A stretch of DNA of 64,000 nt from Pseudomonadota bacterium (GCA_040385425.1 JAZKHK010000030.1:947-64946); one strand, 5' to 3'; counted from the first letter of the stretch, positions 51,294 through 62,021 are shown. Notes: a model not told the origin generated them from the letters alone. Numbers and translations: made by a program.

Positions 51294-51320
51294 AGTGCAA
51301 CTGCATTTCTTTCAAGTGTT

Positions 51321-51384
51321 TGTCAGTGATCTCCTACGTGGAGTTTCTGATTTATCTGTCAATCTTGTCGCTAGCCGGCCTACA
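51321..51384. promoter_or_regulatory. Operator-like sites upstream of the DUF1328 gene
   Basis: TGTCAG-TGATCT-CCTACG (51321-51338) and TGTCGC-N7-CCTACA (51366-51384). Confidence 0.5.
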
Positions 51385-51484
51385 AAGACCTGGGACCAAA
51401 GAGCGGATACTGGAATAGCAAAAAAGCAAGTGGTGAGCGGCAGGCGCTTGGTGTGATGTCGTTCACTTAACAAGGAGATTTGCG

Positions 51485-51649
51485 ATGTTGCACTATGCCG
51501 TTATTTTTTTTGTTATCGCCTTGATCGCCGCCTTGTTCGGCTTTGGGGGCATTGCTGCCGGTGCCGCGGAAATTGGAAAAATTCTTTTTATCGTGTTTGC
51601 AATTCTGGCTGTGGCCAGTTTCCTGTTTGGGCTTATAAAAAAACGTTGA
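51485..51649 (+). CDS. DUF1328 (YtjA-like) small membrane protein, 54 aa; absent from the ORF track
   Basis: AAGGAG RBS; [54 protein letters not shown]. Confidence 0.92.
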   Translation: MLHYAVIFFVIALIAALFGFGGIAAGAAEIGKILFIVFAILAVASFLFGLIKKR

Positions 51650-51745
51650 ACCGCTAACCCCCCATGAACCCGTGCCCCGTCCATCTGTCGTCATTGTCAT
51701 TTGAGTCTTCCCTTTATTAACTTCATCTCAACCCAAGGACCCATC

Positions 51746-52009
51746 ATGATTGAAACCAATCCTTCCTCCGACTCAGCTATTCCGCTGATGAATCGTGCCA
51801 GTGAACAAGTTAACCTGCTGGGCAAGCGTGGGTTGCACAGCGTTCGAGAAACCTCGCAACAGCTTCGTAACAAGGCTTTGCGTGTCTCCGACTCTACGGT
51901 GAAGTACGTCAAGGATGAGCCGGTCAATGCCATGTTGATTGCCGCTGCCGCTGGTGCTGCTGTGACTGCAATTTTTAGCAGAATCATCCGTTCACGGAGT
52001 CATGGTTAG
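51746..52009 (+). CDS. DUF883/ElaB-like tail-anchored protein
   Basis: AAGGA RBS; helical N-terminus, YVKDEP..AMLIAAAAGA TM segment, basic tail. Confidence 0.72.
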   Translation: MIETNPSSDSAIPLMNRASEQVNLLGKRGLHSVRETSQQLRNKALRVSDSTVKYVKDEPVNAMLIAAAAGAAVTAIFSRIIRSRSHG

Positions 52010-52196
52010 AGCGAGGGCATTACAGCCAATACGCCCACCAGCGGGCTAGAAACTCCTTGAAGCGCAGGTTGATCGGTCTGCGCTTCCATTGATCCTGAGT
52101 TATCGCACATGGTTTGCACCTGACTCCCCAACGCCATGCCCACTATTACTGCGTTCAATTCGTAAAGCAGTAAAGGCATGCCGGATCAATCAAGTA

Positions 52197-52928
52197 TCAA
52201 GCGGCCAGAGGCATCGGGAGTAATCGGTCGCATTCTTTCTTGGCCACGGCATAGCACTCGCAGGTGCGCTGTTCAAGCCGCTTGCGGTCCAGCACAAAGA
52301 TATGGCCCCGGCTGTAGCGAATCACACCGGCCTGCTGCAACTTGAGCGCCGCAGCGGTCACCCCTTCACGGCGAACACCCAGCAAGGTTGCCACCAGTTC
52401 CTGCGTCATCACCAGTTCGTCAGAGGGCAATCGATCCAGACCCAGGAGCAGGCGGCGGCACAATTGTTGATCGATCGAGTGGTAGCGATTGCACATGGCT
52501 GTCTGCGCCACTTGTGCAATCAGGGCCTGAGAGTAGCGCAACAACATGGTGAACACGGGGCCGGGGCGATTGACTTCGTTCTTCGCCACCTGTGCCCTTA
52601 ATCGATAACCTTGTCCGGCACTTTGCACCACCGCCTGGCTCGGTGTGGCGTTGCCGCCCAGAAAAAGAGAGAGACCTACCACGCCATCGTTGCCCACCAC
52701 TGCGATTTCGGAGGAGGCTCCCTCTTGGGTCATATAAAGCAAGGACACGATAGCCGTGGTCGGAAAGACCGCATAGGCGGGCGTCCTCCCCGGTTCGCAC
52801 AGCACCTGACCTAGCGGAAGGTCAACCGCTTCCAGATCCGGCTGCCAGCGTTTCCATTCCTCATCGGACAGCGAGGCCAGTAAATGATTTTGCCGCGGGT
52901 TGGATGTGAAACGATGTAGTGCGTTCAT
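52197..52928 (-). CDS. Crp/Fnr-family regulator (not DNR-type)
   Basis: N.LLASL, FPT.AIVSL, VGNDGVVG, CNRYHS..QQLCR.LL, TQE..A.LLGVRREGVT, CECY. Confidence 0.92.
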   Translation of the reverse strand: MNALHRFTSNPRQNHLLASLSDEEWKRWQPDLEAVDLPLGQVLCEPGRTPAYAVFPTTAIVSLLYMTQEGASSEIAVVGNDGVVGLSLFLGGNATPSQAVVQSAGQGYRLRAQVAKNEVNRPGPVFTMLLRYSQALIAQVAQTAMCNRYHSIDQQLCRRLLLGLDRLPSDELVMTQELVATLLGVRREGVTAAALKLQQAGVIRYSRGHIFVLDRKRLEQRTCECYAVAKKECDRLLPMPLAA

Positions 52929-53008
52929 AAAACTCTCTTTTTTCATCTCTGAGTCCTGATGATCCTGTTATGCGCTTGTTTCAGATATCGGAGGTTATCG
53001 GTTATGTG

Positions 53009-53137
53009 TGTGGGATCGTTCCTACAACCCTGTCGTGATCGCCATACAGCTTGGTGTGAAGCCGGGTAGATGAAAAGTTGTTGTCCTACGGCACGTAGCG
53101 CGTTGTCTGACAGACAGCGTTGTATGTCTCGCCTACC
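53009..53137. promoter_or_regulatory. Array of CCTACA/CTGACA operator-like sites between crp and the cgs operon
   Basis: TGTGGG-ATCGTT-CCTACA (53009-53026), TGTCGT-GATCGC-CATACA (53031-53048), half-sites CCTACG 53085, CTGACA 53107, CCTACC 53132. Confidence 0.55.
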
Positions 53138-53245
53138 ATCCAAAAACTGTCTCATCGAAGCCTCGTCCACAAGCCGCAGGTCATAAAGGAGCAAGCTATT
53201 TTTTAATATTCAATCGACCCTGGAGTCGTACTTTTGGAGTTTTCT

Positions 53246-53488
53246 ATGAACATCCATGCCATTACCCACCCCTCCTGGAGCACTGCATCGTTTGGCGAGG
53301 CTGCGGACACCTCGCCCAAGGAGTTGTCGGCTTTGGGCGAGCACATGGACTTGTGCCGGGCGTCGCGTGGCCGCCTGTTCGCATTGCATTGCGCAGCACA
53401 GACTGTGCATGGCTTCGTTGCAGCGCGATTTGTGACAACACTGGTGTTTGTTTCCCTTGTGATTGGTGTCAGTTCCCAAATGTTGTAG
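53246..53488 (+). CDS. Small hypothetical protein with a C-terminal TM helix, 3 nt upstream of cgs
   Basis: GGAG RBS; WSTASFG...TSP.EL.ALGEH...C...RGRLF...FV..RFVTTL. Confidence 0.7.
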   Translation: MNIHAITHPSWSTASFGEAADTSPKELSALGEHMDLCRASRGRLFALHCAAQTVHGFVAARFVTTLVFVSLVIGVSSQML

Positions 53489-53491
53489 GGC

Positions 53492-56400
53492 ATGGTGCAA
53501 TTCGATCTGCTCAGTCTGGTACCGTTTGCCAGCCAGTCTTTGTGCGATATTCTGGAGAGTGCCCGAGGTAGAGTACAAGCACCGATCCGGTCCGAGATTT
53601 TCGGACAGGAGCGTTTTGCACAGCATGGTCGCAGCCTGGGCGAGACCCATCGCGCCGCCAGGGCGATTTCACGCTCAGCTACTTTTTTCCCGCGTCTGCG
53701 AAGCAATATCCATACATTGCGCGAAGCGCACCATTACATTGGCGAGCAATCCTCTACCGGCTATGACATCAGTCCTGCGGCTGAATGGCTGCTCGACAAT
53801 TTTCACCTGATCGAAGCGCAACTCGAAGAAATTCGGGAAGGGTTGCCAAAGAGTTACTTCAGAGGTCTGCCGGTGCTGCTGGACGAGCCGCTGGCCGGTT
53901 TGCCGCGTGTTTACGGCGTGGCTTGGGCCTTCGTGGCGCATACCGATGGCGCTTTTGACGAGGACTTGCTGATACATTTTTTAAGCGCCTATCAGGAAAC
54001 CCGGGAACTCAATCTCAGTGAAATGTGGGCCTTGCCCACGACCTTGCGTGTGGTACTGGTTGAAAATTTACGCCGCCTGGCTGAGCGTGTGGCCACCAAC
54101 AAGGCCGCGCGCGAAGTTGCCAACCTGTGCTGCGACCACATTGAAACCTACACCGTTCACGCATTGGACCAATTGCTTGCCCTGCTCACCCAGCGAGGCG
54201 TTGAGCGGGTGTTTTTGGCACAAATGGCGCAACGCCTGCAAGACCGCCGAACGACCAGTAACGTCCGCTATCCAGCGCTGTATCACGACTGGCTGCATAA
54301 CGTGCTGCCGGATTTGGCTGCATTGCAGACGCAGCAAACGGCCGATCGGGCTGCTGACAATCTGAGTGTGAGCAATGCGGTCACATCGTTGCGCGCCATT
54401 GGAGATGCCGATTGGCCTGAGATTGTTGCCTGTACCAGCACGCTGATGCGCTTGATGCTGACCTCGCACGTATTCAAGGCCGAGCATTCCGTCACGCGTG
54501 ATCAGACGCTGCATGGCATTGAACTGTTGGCCCGGCGCAGTGGCCGCAGCGAAGTATCTGTGGCGCAAACATTGCTCAATCTGATGAAGGCCGCAGAGGG
54601 CGCCGACAACGCCACGGCGGGGGCCAGTTACTGGTTACGCGGCCATGGGCTGCCCGCACTCCTGCAAGCACTGGGTTTGCAGGAGAACGCCATTTTTTCC
54701 TGGCGAGCTATTGCTTTTCGCATCGCATTGCCTGTCTATCTCAGTTCGATTTTGCTGGTGACCTCCGGCCTGGTGGCGTGGATGTTGTTGCACCATGGTG
54801 CCGGGCTGAGTGCAGCAGGTCCGCCCGCCTGGTTGATCATGCTGGGTGCCGTGCTGATGATGTTTCCGGCGTCTGAGGCGGTGGTGGCCGTGATCAACCG
54901 GCTTATCAGTGAGTCGGCACGGCCTCAGCATCTGCCGCGTCTGGCTTTGGGCCAAGGCATTCCCCCTGAACACCGGGTGATGGTGGTGATTCCTTCCATG
55001 CTTGACAGCGTGGCAACCAGCGGTGAACTGGTACGCCGCCTGCAATTGCATCACCTCGCCAACCCGGAACATCATGCCCAGTTTGCGCTGCTCACTGACT
55101 GGGCCGATGCCGATAGGGCACATGAGCCTTCCGACGATCTATTGCTGAGCCATGTGCGGCAACAAATCCGTGAACTCAACGCCCGTTATCCCAACCAGAT
55201 CGGGGAAGAGGGTGCGGCTCCACGCTTCATCGTGTTGCACCGAGCGCGCGTTTTCAGTGAAACAGAGCAGCGCTGGATCGGTTGGGAACGCAAGCGAGGC
55301 AAACTGGAGCAACTGGTTGCCGCCTCGGCGCAGGGCAGCCGTGATGCATTCCTTGACTTGGGGGATGAGTCCCGTATGGCTGCAGATGTTCAATACATCG
55401 TCACACTGGACAGCGATACCCAGTTACCGCCAGGACGACTGCGCGAACTGGTGGGTGTGGCTGCGCACCCCCACAACCAGCCGCGTCTGGACGCCAGCGG
55501 GCGCAGGGTGGTGAGCGGCTACGGTATTTTGCAGCCGCGCGTGGTCACGCCTTTGCCGACTCCCAAGAACTTCACGCTGTATCACTGGCTGTTTGCCGGG
55601 CAGTGCGGCATCGATCCGTACAGTGTTGCGTCCTCGGAGGTCTATCAGGATTTGTTTGCTGAGGGGACGTTCACCGGCAAAGGACTTCTGAACGTGCGAG
55701 CCATGCATGCCGTGCTCTCAGGCCGCTTGCCTGAGGGACAAGTGTTGAGCCACGATTTGCTGGAAGGCTCGGTGGCACGCTGCGCCGCCGTGACGGATAT
55801 CACGGTGATTGAGGACGCCCCCCATCATGCCGATGTGGCCGCCATGCGCATGCACCGCTGGACGCGCGGAGACTGGCAGTTGCTGCCGTTCTTGCTGAAT
55901 CCCAGGTGCTATCACTTGCGCGTGATCAACCTCTGGAAAATGTTCGACAACCTGCGCCGCTCGCTCGTGGCCCCCATGTCCCTGGCCTTGCTGGTGCTGG
56001 CGTTTGAAGGTGTCGTTGTGTCGCCGGGGGCTGCGCTGGCGCTGGTGATCGCGGCGTTTTCAGCCGGACCGCTGATGGGTGCGGTGGCGGGTTTTTCGCC
56101 CAGCCGGGATGATCTGGCCAAACGCTATTTCTACCACCATGCCGCGACGGATCTGGCACGAGCCCTGTGGGGCGGTCTTTGGCATGTGAGTCAGTTGCTG
56201 CAGCAGTCCTTGATGGCCATGGATGCCATCATCCGCGCGCTCTATCGCATGCTCATCAGTCGCCGTCACCTCCTGCAATGGCTGACGGCCGAGGTCGCGC
56301 AGACACAGGCCAAGACCGGCTTGGCGGCACTGGCGCGTCAGCACTGGCGCGTGCCGGTGATCGCACTGTTGTTGCTGCTGGCATTGCAAATGCCGTGGTT

Positions 56401-59400
56401 TGGAAATCCTGCGCCTTATCCGTTATGGACCACGATGTTTTGCGTGTTGTGGGGGGCTGCACCGGTCTGGATTTGGTGGGTCAGCCGGTCGAGTCCGGTG
56501 CATAGGGACGCTACCTTGCCGCTTCACGACCAAGCTTATCTGGAAGGTATTGCGCGTGATACCTGGCGCTTTTTCGAGCGCTGTGTCGGTGCTGCCGACA
56601 ACCACCTGCCGCCCGATAACTTGCAAACCACGCCCCACGATATGGTGGCGCACCGCACCTCGCCCACCAACATCGGTCTGTATTTGCTCAGTGTCGCCTG
56701 TGCGCGGCAGTTCGGCTGGATTGGAACGCAGGAGTTGCTGAGACGCATGGAGGCGACGCTCGCCACCCTAGCCACCTTGCAGCGGCACCGGGGTCACTTT
56801 CTGAACTGGTACGACACGCAAACCCGTGCCCCTTTGCTGCCGATGTATGTCTCCACCGTGGACAGCGGCAATCTCAGCGGCCACTTGTTGGCGGTTGCCC
56901 AAGCCTGTCTGGAACTGGCGCGCGCACCCTATGACAAAACGGCAACGCAGCGTGCGACCGAGATGTCAAGGCAACGACTTGCGCCCTTGCTGGCGATGCG
57001 CACCAGCCTGTCGCCAGCGAGGCGTGACGAGCTTCGATGGCTGCTGGCAGACCACCGGGCCACCCGGTATGGCGCAGAGCAGGATGAGCAAGCGCAAAAC
57101 CCCCACCCTGAGACGGCAGTGAAAAACGCGACGCAGCGTTTGCAGGCGTTGGCCAATGATTGCGAACACCTGGCGGTTCAAGCCGATTACAGCTTTCTCT
57201 ACCACCGCAAGCGGCATCTTTTTCATATTGGCTATCGGGTTGCAGAGCTGGAACTCGATGCGGGTTTTTATGATTTGCTGGCATCGGAGGCGCGTCTGAC
57301 CAGTTTGCTGGCCGTGGCCAAGGGCGATGTGTCGGTGCGCCACTGGAGCTCTTTGGGCCGCTTGTTCTTCGCGGTGGGGGCTGAAGCGGGGCTTCGTTCC
57401 TGGTCGGGGTCCATGTTCGAGTATTTGATGCCCACGCTGGTGCTGGATGAGCCGCATGGCAGCGTCCTGCGTGAGGCTTGCCATGCGGCCATTCGTGAGC
57501 AAATTGCATTCGCGCAGAGGCAAGATGTGCCTTGGGGCATATCGGAGTCGGCCTATGCCGGCAGCGATCACACGCTGGCGTATCAGTACGCGCCCCAAGG
57601 CGTACCCAGGCTGGCGCTACGCCGCACGCCGCCTGACGAACTGGTCATTGCGCCTTACGCCACCGCACTGGCAGCACAGATTGCACCTCATCTCGCATTT
57701 GTCAATTTCAAAGCCATGGAGAAACTGGCGGCCCGCGCACGCTACGGCTTCATTGAAGCTCTTGACTTCACCTCGGTGCGGCAGTCGAGTGGGGAGGTGC
57801 TGACGCTTGTTGAAACCTTTATGGCGCACCACCAGGGGATGAGCATCGTGGCACTCGCCAACGTATTGCTGGGAGGCCCTGCACAGCGCTGGGGGATGGC
57901 CAATGCGCATATTGAGGCGGTGACCACTTTGTTGCACGAGCGTGCGCCGCGCGAGGTGTCGATGCTGTACACGCCGCCCCAGGGCTTGCCCTTGCAGGCG
58001 CGACAGCGGCGGCGCGTGCCCGGCCTGTTGCGCAATGTGGTGCCGGGCGCTTTGGCACTGGAGCCCACGCATGTGCTGTCAAATGGGCGCTACAGCGTGT
58101 CATTGCGTGCCAACGGCGCGGGCTGGAGCCGCTGGGGCCAGACCGGCATCACGCGGTGGCGCGATGATGCGTTGCGCGATGCTTACGGCAGTTTCTTTTA
58201 TTTGCGCCGCTCGAACCTAGCTGGCAAGGGGGGCGAGCAGCAGCCGGTCTCCCTCACCCAGCATCCTGCGCCTGACCCGGCGGCCGATTACCAGAGCACC
58301 TACCACGCCGACCGCGTGAGCTTCGACACGACCTGGCCCCAGTTGCAGGTCCACATCACGGTGTGGGTCAGTCCGGAAGACGATATCGAGTTCCGCCAGA
58401 TTGAACTGCGCAACCTGAGTGACCGCCCCTTAGACCTTGAACTGATTTCAGCCTTTGAAGTGGCCTTGTCCGATCCACGAGCGGATGAAGCACATCCTGC
58501 TTTCAGCAATCTCTTTGTGCGCGCCGAGTGGCTGGCGGCGCACCAGGCCCTCTGGTTCGAGCGCAAGCCCCGTTTGCCAACCGAACAGGGATTCCAAACG
58601 GCCCATTTTCTGGCCGAAACCGACCCTCAGGTCGTCGGCATGCGCCTGGCGACCGACCGCGAGCGCTGGGGTGGGCGCAACCACAGCGTGAGTCAGCCCC
58701 TGGCGGCACTGGATGAGCTGCCTGCGGTGTCCATCGACCCCAGCACCAAACTCGACACCGGTCTCGACCCCGTATGTGCCCTGGCTGTGCGGCTTCACAT
58801 TGCCCCTCATGTGAAAGCCCAGTTGACCTTTGCCACAGCCGCCTCCGACAACGCCGGAACCTTGCGCGCCGTGATCGACAAATACCGGCAACACACGCAT
58901 GTGCAACGCGCCTCCTTGATGTCCGCTACCTTGACCGGCATTCGTTTGCGGGGACTGCGCATCAGCGGCGATACCTTTTCGGCCACGCAGACGCTGACCA
59001 CGGCGCTGGTGCTGAGCCTGACGCGCCCGCAGGCCAGATCGGACATCATTGGGGGCGATGTGACCGAGGTCTGTGACAAGCGACTGCTCTGGCGTATGGG
59101 TATCTCGGGAGACCGTCCGCTGATTCTCGTGTCGGCCGGGGTGATGGAAGGCTTGGGTTTGCTGCGCTCGCTGGCCCAGGCCATGAGCCTCTGGGCTTGG
59201 GGCGGCATCGCCTGCGACCTGGTGGTGGTGAATGCCGAACCCAACTCTTACCTGATGGCCCTGCACCGCGAGATTATTGCGCTACGCGATCGCCATGTGG
59301 CGGACAACGGTGCGCAAGCCGGCCCTGCGGTGACTGGTTTTTACGTCCTGCGCGCTGAAGAGCTATCGAGCGAAGAATTGAGCACGCTGCAAGCGCAAGC

Positions 59401-61990
59401 ATGCGTGCGGTTGCATGCCGATGGTCGTCCGCTGATGCACCATGTTCAGGAATGGATTGAGCTTCATGAACAGGACCTTGCGCAACGGCAGGGGCGGTCC
59501 ATCACATCAGTGGGCGTGTCTTCGGGAACCCGCGTTGCTGTGCCTGCACCGGCCGGCGAGTTTGTTGCCGCTTCGGGTGAATTCCGTTTTGACATCCATG
59601 CCAATTTGCGTCCGGTGCGACCCTGGATCAATGTGCTGGCCAATCCGCTCTTTGGCGCCCAATTGTCGGAATCCGGTGGCGGCTACACCTGGGCGGTGAA
59701 CAGCCGGTTGAACCAGGTAACTCCCTGGTCGAACGATCCGGTGGCCGACCCGCCGGGCGAATGGTTCTTGCTGCAGGACCGCAAGACCCAGGCGGTGTGG
59801 AGCGTGACGCCCAACGCCTGGGGCGACGACCGGACGACCTACCACGTGTCGCATGGACAAGGCTACAGCGTGATCAGTCACCGCCGGGGAGATGTGGCGG
59901 TCACGGCAAGCTGGTGTGTTGACGCCCAGACCTCCGTCAAGCAGGTGCGCCTGGACATCGTCAACCACAGCCCCCGAACCCTGCATTTGCGCGTGATCGG
60001 CATCGTCGAGTGGATGATGGGGGCGAACCGGTCTGATCGCAGCACGGTGCATACGTCCTCGTTGCGCCAGCGTTTGCCCGACCAGCAGCAGCTCACTGCG
60101 CTGCTTTGCACACAGCGTGAGCGCTCGGCCGGTTTTGGCGATGGGACCGCGTTCTTCGGTCTGACCGAGGCCAGCGGCGAGATGGAAGACTGGACCTGTG
60201 ACCGGCGCGAGTGTTTCGATTCGCGTGGCCGCCTGGTGCTGCCGGATATCCTGGGTCAGCATAGCGGTGGTGGATTCGATCCTTGCGCCGCACTTTCAAC
60301 GCGTCTTGTCCTGAATGCAGGTCAGGCGACAGAACGGGTATTTCTGCTGGGCTATGCCGAGAATGCGAGCGCAGCACGACAACTCGCCACCTCGGCCGCC
60401 GCCAAGCCGGCCCGGCTGCGAATCGAGCAGGTTCGCCACACCTGGGATCAATTGCTGGGTGCCACGACGGTGAAGACGCCCGATCCCTTGTTCGATGCGA
60501 TGGTGAACCGCTGGTTGCTGTACCAGACGGTGTCGTGTCGTTTATGGGCCAAGGCCGGCTTCTACCAGGCCGGCGGGGCCATCGGTTTTCGGGATCAGTT
60601 GCAGGACGCCATGGCGCTGGTTTGGGCCGCGCCCGAGATGCTGCGTCAGCAGATCGTTCTGGGCGCCTCACGACAATTTTCCCAGGGTGATGTGCAGCAT
60701 TGGTGGCACATGCCCACGGGCGCCGGCGTGCGCACCCATTTCTCTGACGACTTGCTGTGGCTGCCCTACGCTTGCTCGCATTACCTGCGCACGACCGGTG
60801 ACGCGGCCTTGCTGGATCAGCACGTTCCTTTCATCGACGGCATGGCCATTCCCGAAGGCGCCGAGGATGCGTATTACACGCCCACGGTGAGCCCCTATGA
60901 CGCCACCGTTTACGAGCATGCTGCGCGGGCCATTGATCACAGCTTGCGGGTGGGCATCCATGGTCTGCCTTTGATGGGAAGCGGGGACTGGAACGACGGC
61001 ATGAACCGCGTCGGCATTGAAGGACGGGGCGAGTCGGTCTGGTTGGGGTGGTTCTTGTGCCAGTTGGTGGCCGATTTCGCGCCGCTGGCGCGGGAACGGG
61101 GCGAAGAGGTGCGCGCACAACGCTGGGAAACGGCCGCCGAGGGCTGGAAGGCGGCCTTGATCGGCCCCGCCTGGGATGGTGAATGGTTCAAGCGCGCCTT
61201 CTTCGATAACGGGGAGGCGCTCGGCTCAAAGACCAATTCCGAGGCCCGCATTGACTTGATCGCACAAGCCTGGGCGGTACTTTCCGGGGCGGCGTCACCG
61301 GCCTTGCAGGGCATGGCATTGGCTGCAGTAGAGCGACACCTGGTGGACCACGAGGCTGGTTTGATCCGGCTGCTCGACCCGCCGCTGGCGAATGCCACGC
61401 CGAGCGCCGGCTATATCCAGGCTTACCCGCCGGGTATCCGCGAGAACGGCGGACAGTATTCGCACGCAGGCGTCTGGGCCTTGATGGCCGCGGCTGAATT
61501 GGCAAAGAGGGGGTCTGGAGACGGCGACACCGCCTACCGCTATTTCACCTACTTGAGTCCGGCCCACCGCGTGCGCCATCCAACCCATGGGGCCTTTTAT
61601 GGCATTGAGCCCTATGTGATGGCCGGTGACGTGTACACCCAGCCACCCTACGTCGGACGTGGCGGCTGGAGCTGGTACACCGGTTCTGCCGCCTGGATGC
61701 ACCGCGCGGCCATTGAATCCATTTTTGGTTTGCATCAAGGGGCACAGGCGTTGGTCTTCAATCCTTGCCTGCCTTCCCATTGGCAGGATGCCGAACTGAC
61801 GCTGGTGCGTGAGGGGCGCACGATGCGGTTCATCCTGGTCCGTGCCGCCACGCAAGCCGCGCTGAAAGCGACCGCCCAATGGCAGGCGCAGGCGCTATGC
61901 CCGGGTCAGCCCCTCCATTGGCCCGACCTGGCTCCCCACACCTGCTTCGTCATTCCCTTGTTGGGGGACTCCGCAGCCGCCAAGGCTTGA
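53492..61990 (+). CDS. ndvB: Cyclic beta-1,2-glucan synthase (Cgs/NdvB/ChvB family)
   Basis: AEWLLDNF; GT region WERKRGKL, TLDSDT, SHDLLEG, RW.RGDWQL; TM block; PPDNLQ/RTSPTNIG/SWSGSMFEYLMP/WGISES; GH94 phosphorylase YQAGGA.GFRDQLQD, GDWNDG, RENGGQYSH, WYTGSA. Confidence 0.93.
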   Translation: MVQFDLLSLVPFASQSLCDILESARGRVQAPIRSEIFGQERFAQHGRSLGETHRAARAISRSATFFPRLRSNIHTLREAHHYIGEQSSTGYDISPAAEWLLDNFHLIEAQLEEIREGLPKSYFRGLPVLLDEPLAGLPRVYGVAWAFVAHTDGAFDEDLLIHFLSAYQETRELNLSEMWALPTTLRVVLVENLRRLAERVATNKAAREVANLCCDHIETYTVHALDQLLALLTQRGVERVFLAQMAQRLQDRRTTSNVRYPALYHDWLHNVLPDLAALQTQQTADRAADNLSVSNAVTSLRAIGDADWPEIVACTSTLMRLMLTSHVFKAEHSVTRDQTLHGIELLARRSGRSEVSVAQTLLNLMKAAEGADNATAGASYWLRGHGLPALLQALGLQENAIFSWRAIAFRIALPVYLSSILLVTSGLVAWMLLHHGAGLSAAGPPAWLIMLGAVLMMFPASEAVVAVINRLISESARPQHLPRLALGQGIPPEHRVMVVIPSMLDSVATSGELVRRLQLHHLANPEHHAQFALLTDWADADRAHEPSDDLLLSHVRQQIRELNARYPNQIGEEGAAPRFIVLHRARVFSETEQRWIGWERKRGKLEQLVAASAQGSRDAFLDLGDESRMAADVQYIVTLDSDTQLPPGRLRELVGVAAHPHNQPRLDASGRRVVSGYGILQPRVVTPLPTPKNFTLYHWLFAGQCGIDPYSVASSEVYQDLFAEGTFTGKGLLNVRAMHAVLSGRLPEGQVLSHDLLEGSVARCAAVTDITVIEDAPHHADVAAMRMHRWTRGDWQLLPFLLNPRCYHLRVINLWKMFDNLRRSLVAPMSLALLVLAFEGVVVSPGAALALVIAAFSAGPLMGAVAGFSPSRDDLAKRYFYHHAATDLARALWGGLWHVSQLLQQSLMAMDAIIRALYRMLISRRHLLQWLTAEVAQTQAKTGLAALARQHWRVPVIALLLLLALQMPWFGNPAPYPLWTTMFCVLWGAAPVWIWWVSRSSPVHRDATLPLHDQAYLEGIARDTWRFFERCVGAADNHLPPDNLQTTPHDMVAHRTSPTNIGLYLLSVACARQFGWIGTQELLRRMEATLATLATLQRHRGHFLNWYDTQTRAPLLPMYVSTVDSGNLSGHLLAVAQACLELARAPYDKTATQRATEMSRQRLAPLLAMRTSLSPARRDELRWLLADHRATRYGAEQDEQAQNPHPETAVKNATQRLQALANDCEHLAVQADYSFLYHRKRHLFHIGYRVAELELDAGFYDLLASEARLTSLLAVAKGDVSVRHWSSLGRLFFAVGAEAGLRSWSGSMFEYLMPTLVLDEPHGSVLREACHAAIREQIAFAQRQDVPWGISESAYAGSDHTLAYQYAPQGVPRLALRRTPPDELVIAPYATALAAQIAPHLAFVNFKAMEKLAARARYGFIEALDFTSVRQSSGEVLTLVETFMAHHQGMSIVALANVLLGGPAQRWGMANAHIEAVTTLLHERAPREVSMLYTPPQGLPLQARQRRRVPGLLRNVVPGALALEPTHVLSNGRYSVSLRANGAGWSRWGQTGITRWRDDALRDAYGSFFYLRRSNLAGKGGEQQPVSLTQHPAPDPAADYQSTYHADRVSFDTTWPQLQVHITVWVSPEDDIEFRQIELRNLSDRPLDLELISAFEVALSDPRADEAHPAFSNLFVRAEWLAAHQALWFERKPRLPTEQGFQTAHFLAETDPQVVGMRLATDRERWGGRNHSVSQPLAALDELPAVSIDPSTKLDTGLDPVCALAVRLHIAPHVKAQLTFATAASDNAGTLRAVIDKYRQHTHVQRASLMSATLTGIRLRGLRISGDTFSATQTLTTALVLSLTRPQARSDIIGGDVTEVCDKRLLWRMGISGDRPLILVSAGVMEGLGLLRSLAQAMSLWAWGGIACDLVVVNAEPNSYLMALHREIIALRDRHVADNGAQAGPAVTGFYVLRAEELSSEELSTLQAQACVRLHADGRPLMHHVQEWIELHEQDLAQRQGRSITSVGVSSGTRVAVPAPAGEFVAASGEFRFDIHANLRPVRPWINVLANPLFGAQLSESGGGYTWAVNSRLNQVTPWSNDPVADPPGEWFLLQDRKTQAVWSVTPNAWGDDRTTYHVSHGQGYSVISHRRGDVAVTASWCVDAQTSVKQVRLDIVNHSPRTLHLRVIGIVEWMMGANRSDRSTVHTSSLRQRLPDQQQLTALLCTQRERSAGFGDGTAFFGLTEASGEMEDWTCDRRECFDSRGRLVLPDILGQHSGGGFDPCAALSTRLVLNAGQATERVFLLGYAENASAARQLATSAAAKPARLRIEQVRHTWDQLLGATTVKTPDPLFDAMVNRWLLYQTVSCRLWAKAGFYQAGGAIGFRDQLQDAMALVWAAPEMLRQQIVLGASRQFSQGDVQHWWHMPTGAGVRTHFSDDLLWLPYACSHYLRTTGDAALLDQHVPFIDGMAIPEGAEDAYYTPTVSPYDATVYEHAARAIDHSLRVGIHGLPLMGSGDWNDGMNRVGIEGRGESVWLGWFLCQLVADFAPLARERGEEVRAQRWETAAEGWKAALIGPAWDGEWFKRAFFDNGEALGSKTNSEARIDLIAQAWAVLSGAASPALQGMALAAVERHLVDHEAGLIRLLDPPLANATPSAGYIQAYPPGIRENGGQYSHAGVWALMAAAELAKRGSGDGDTAYRYFTYLSPAHRVRHPTHGAFYGIEPYVMAGDVYTQPPYVGRGGWSWYTGSAAWMHRAAIESIFGLHQGAQALVFNPCLPSHWQDAELTLVREGRTMRFILVRAATQAALKATAQWQAQALCPGQPLHWPDLAPHTCFVIPLLGDSAAAKA

Positions 61991-61996
61991 GGGGCC

Positions 61997-62021
61997 AATC
62001 GCCCCCACAGAGTGGGCGATT
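61997..62021 (+). terminator. Hairpin after cgs
   Basis: AATCGCCC-N9-GGGCGATT, with no clear U tract. Confidence 0.4.

Noticed and set aside
53164-53211. Possible fourth copy of the GCTAT-N7-ATAGC repeat
   Set aside because: Only one half-site matches and the GCTAG block is degenerate and offset by about 2 nt.
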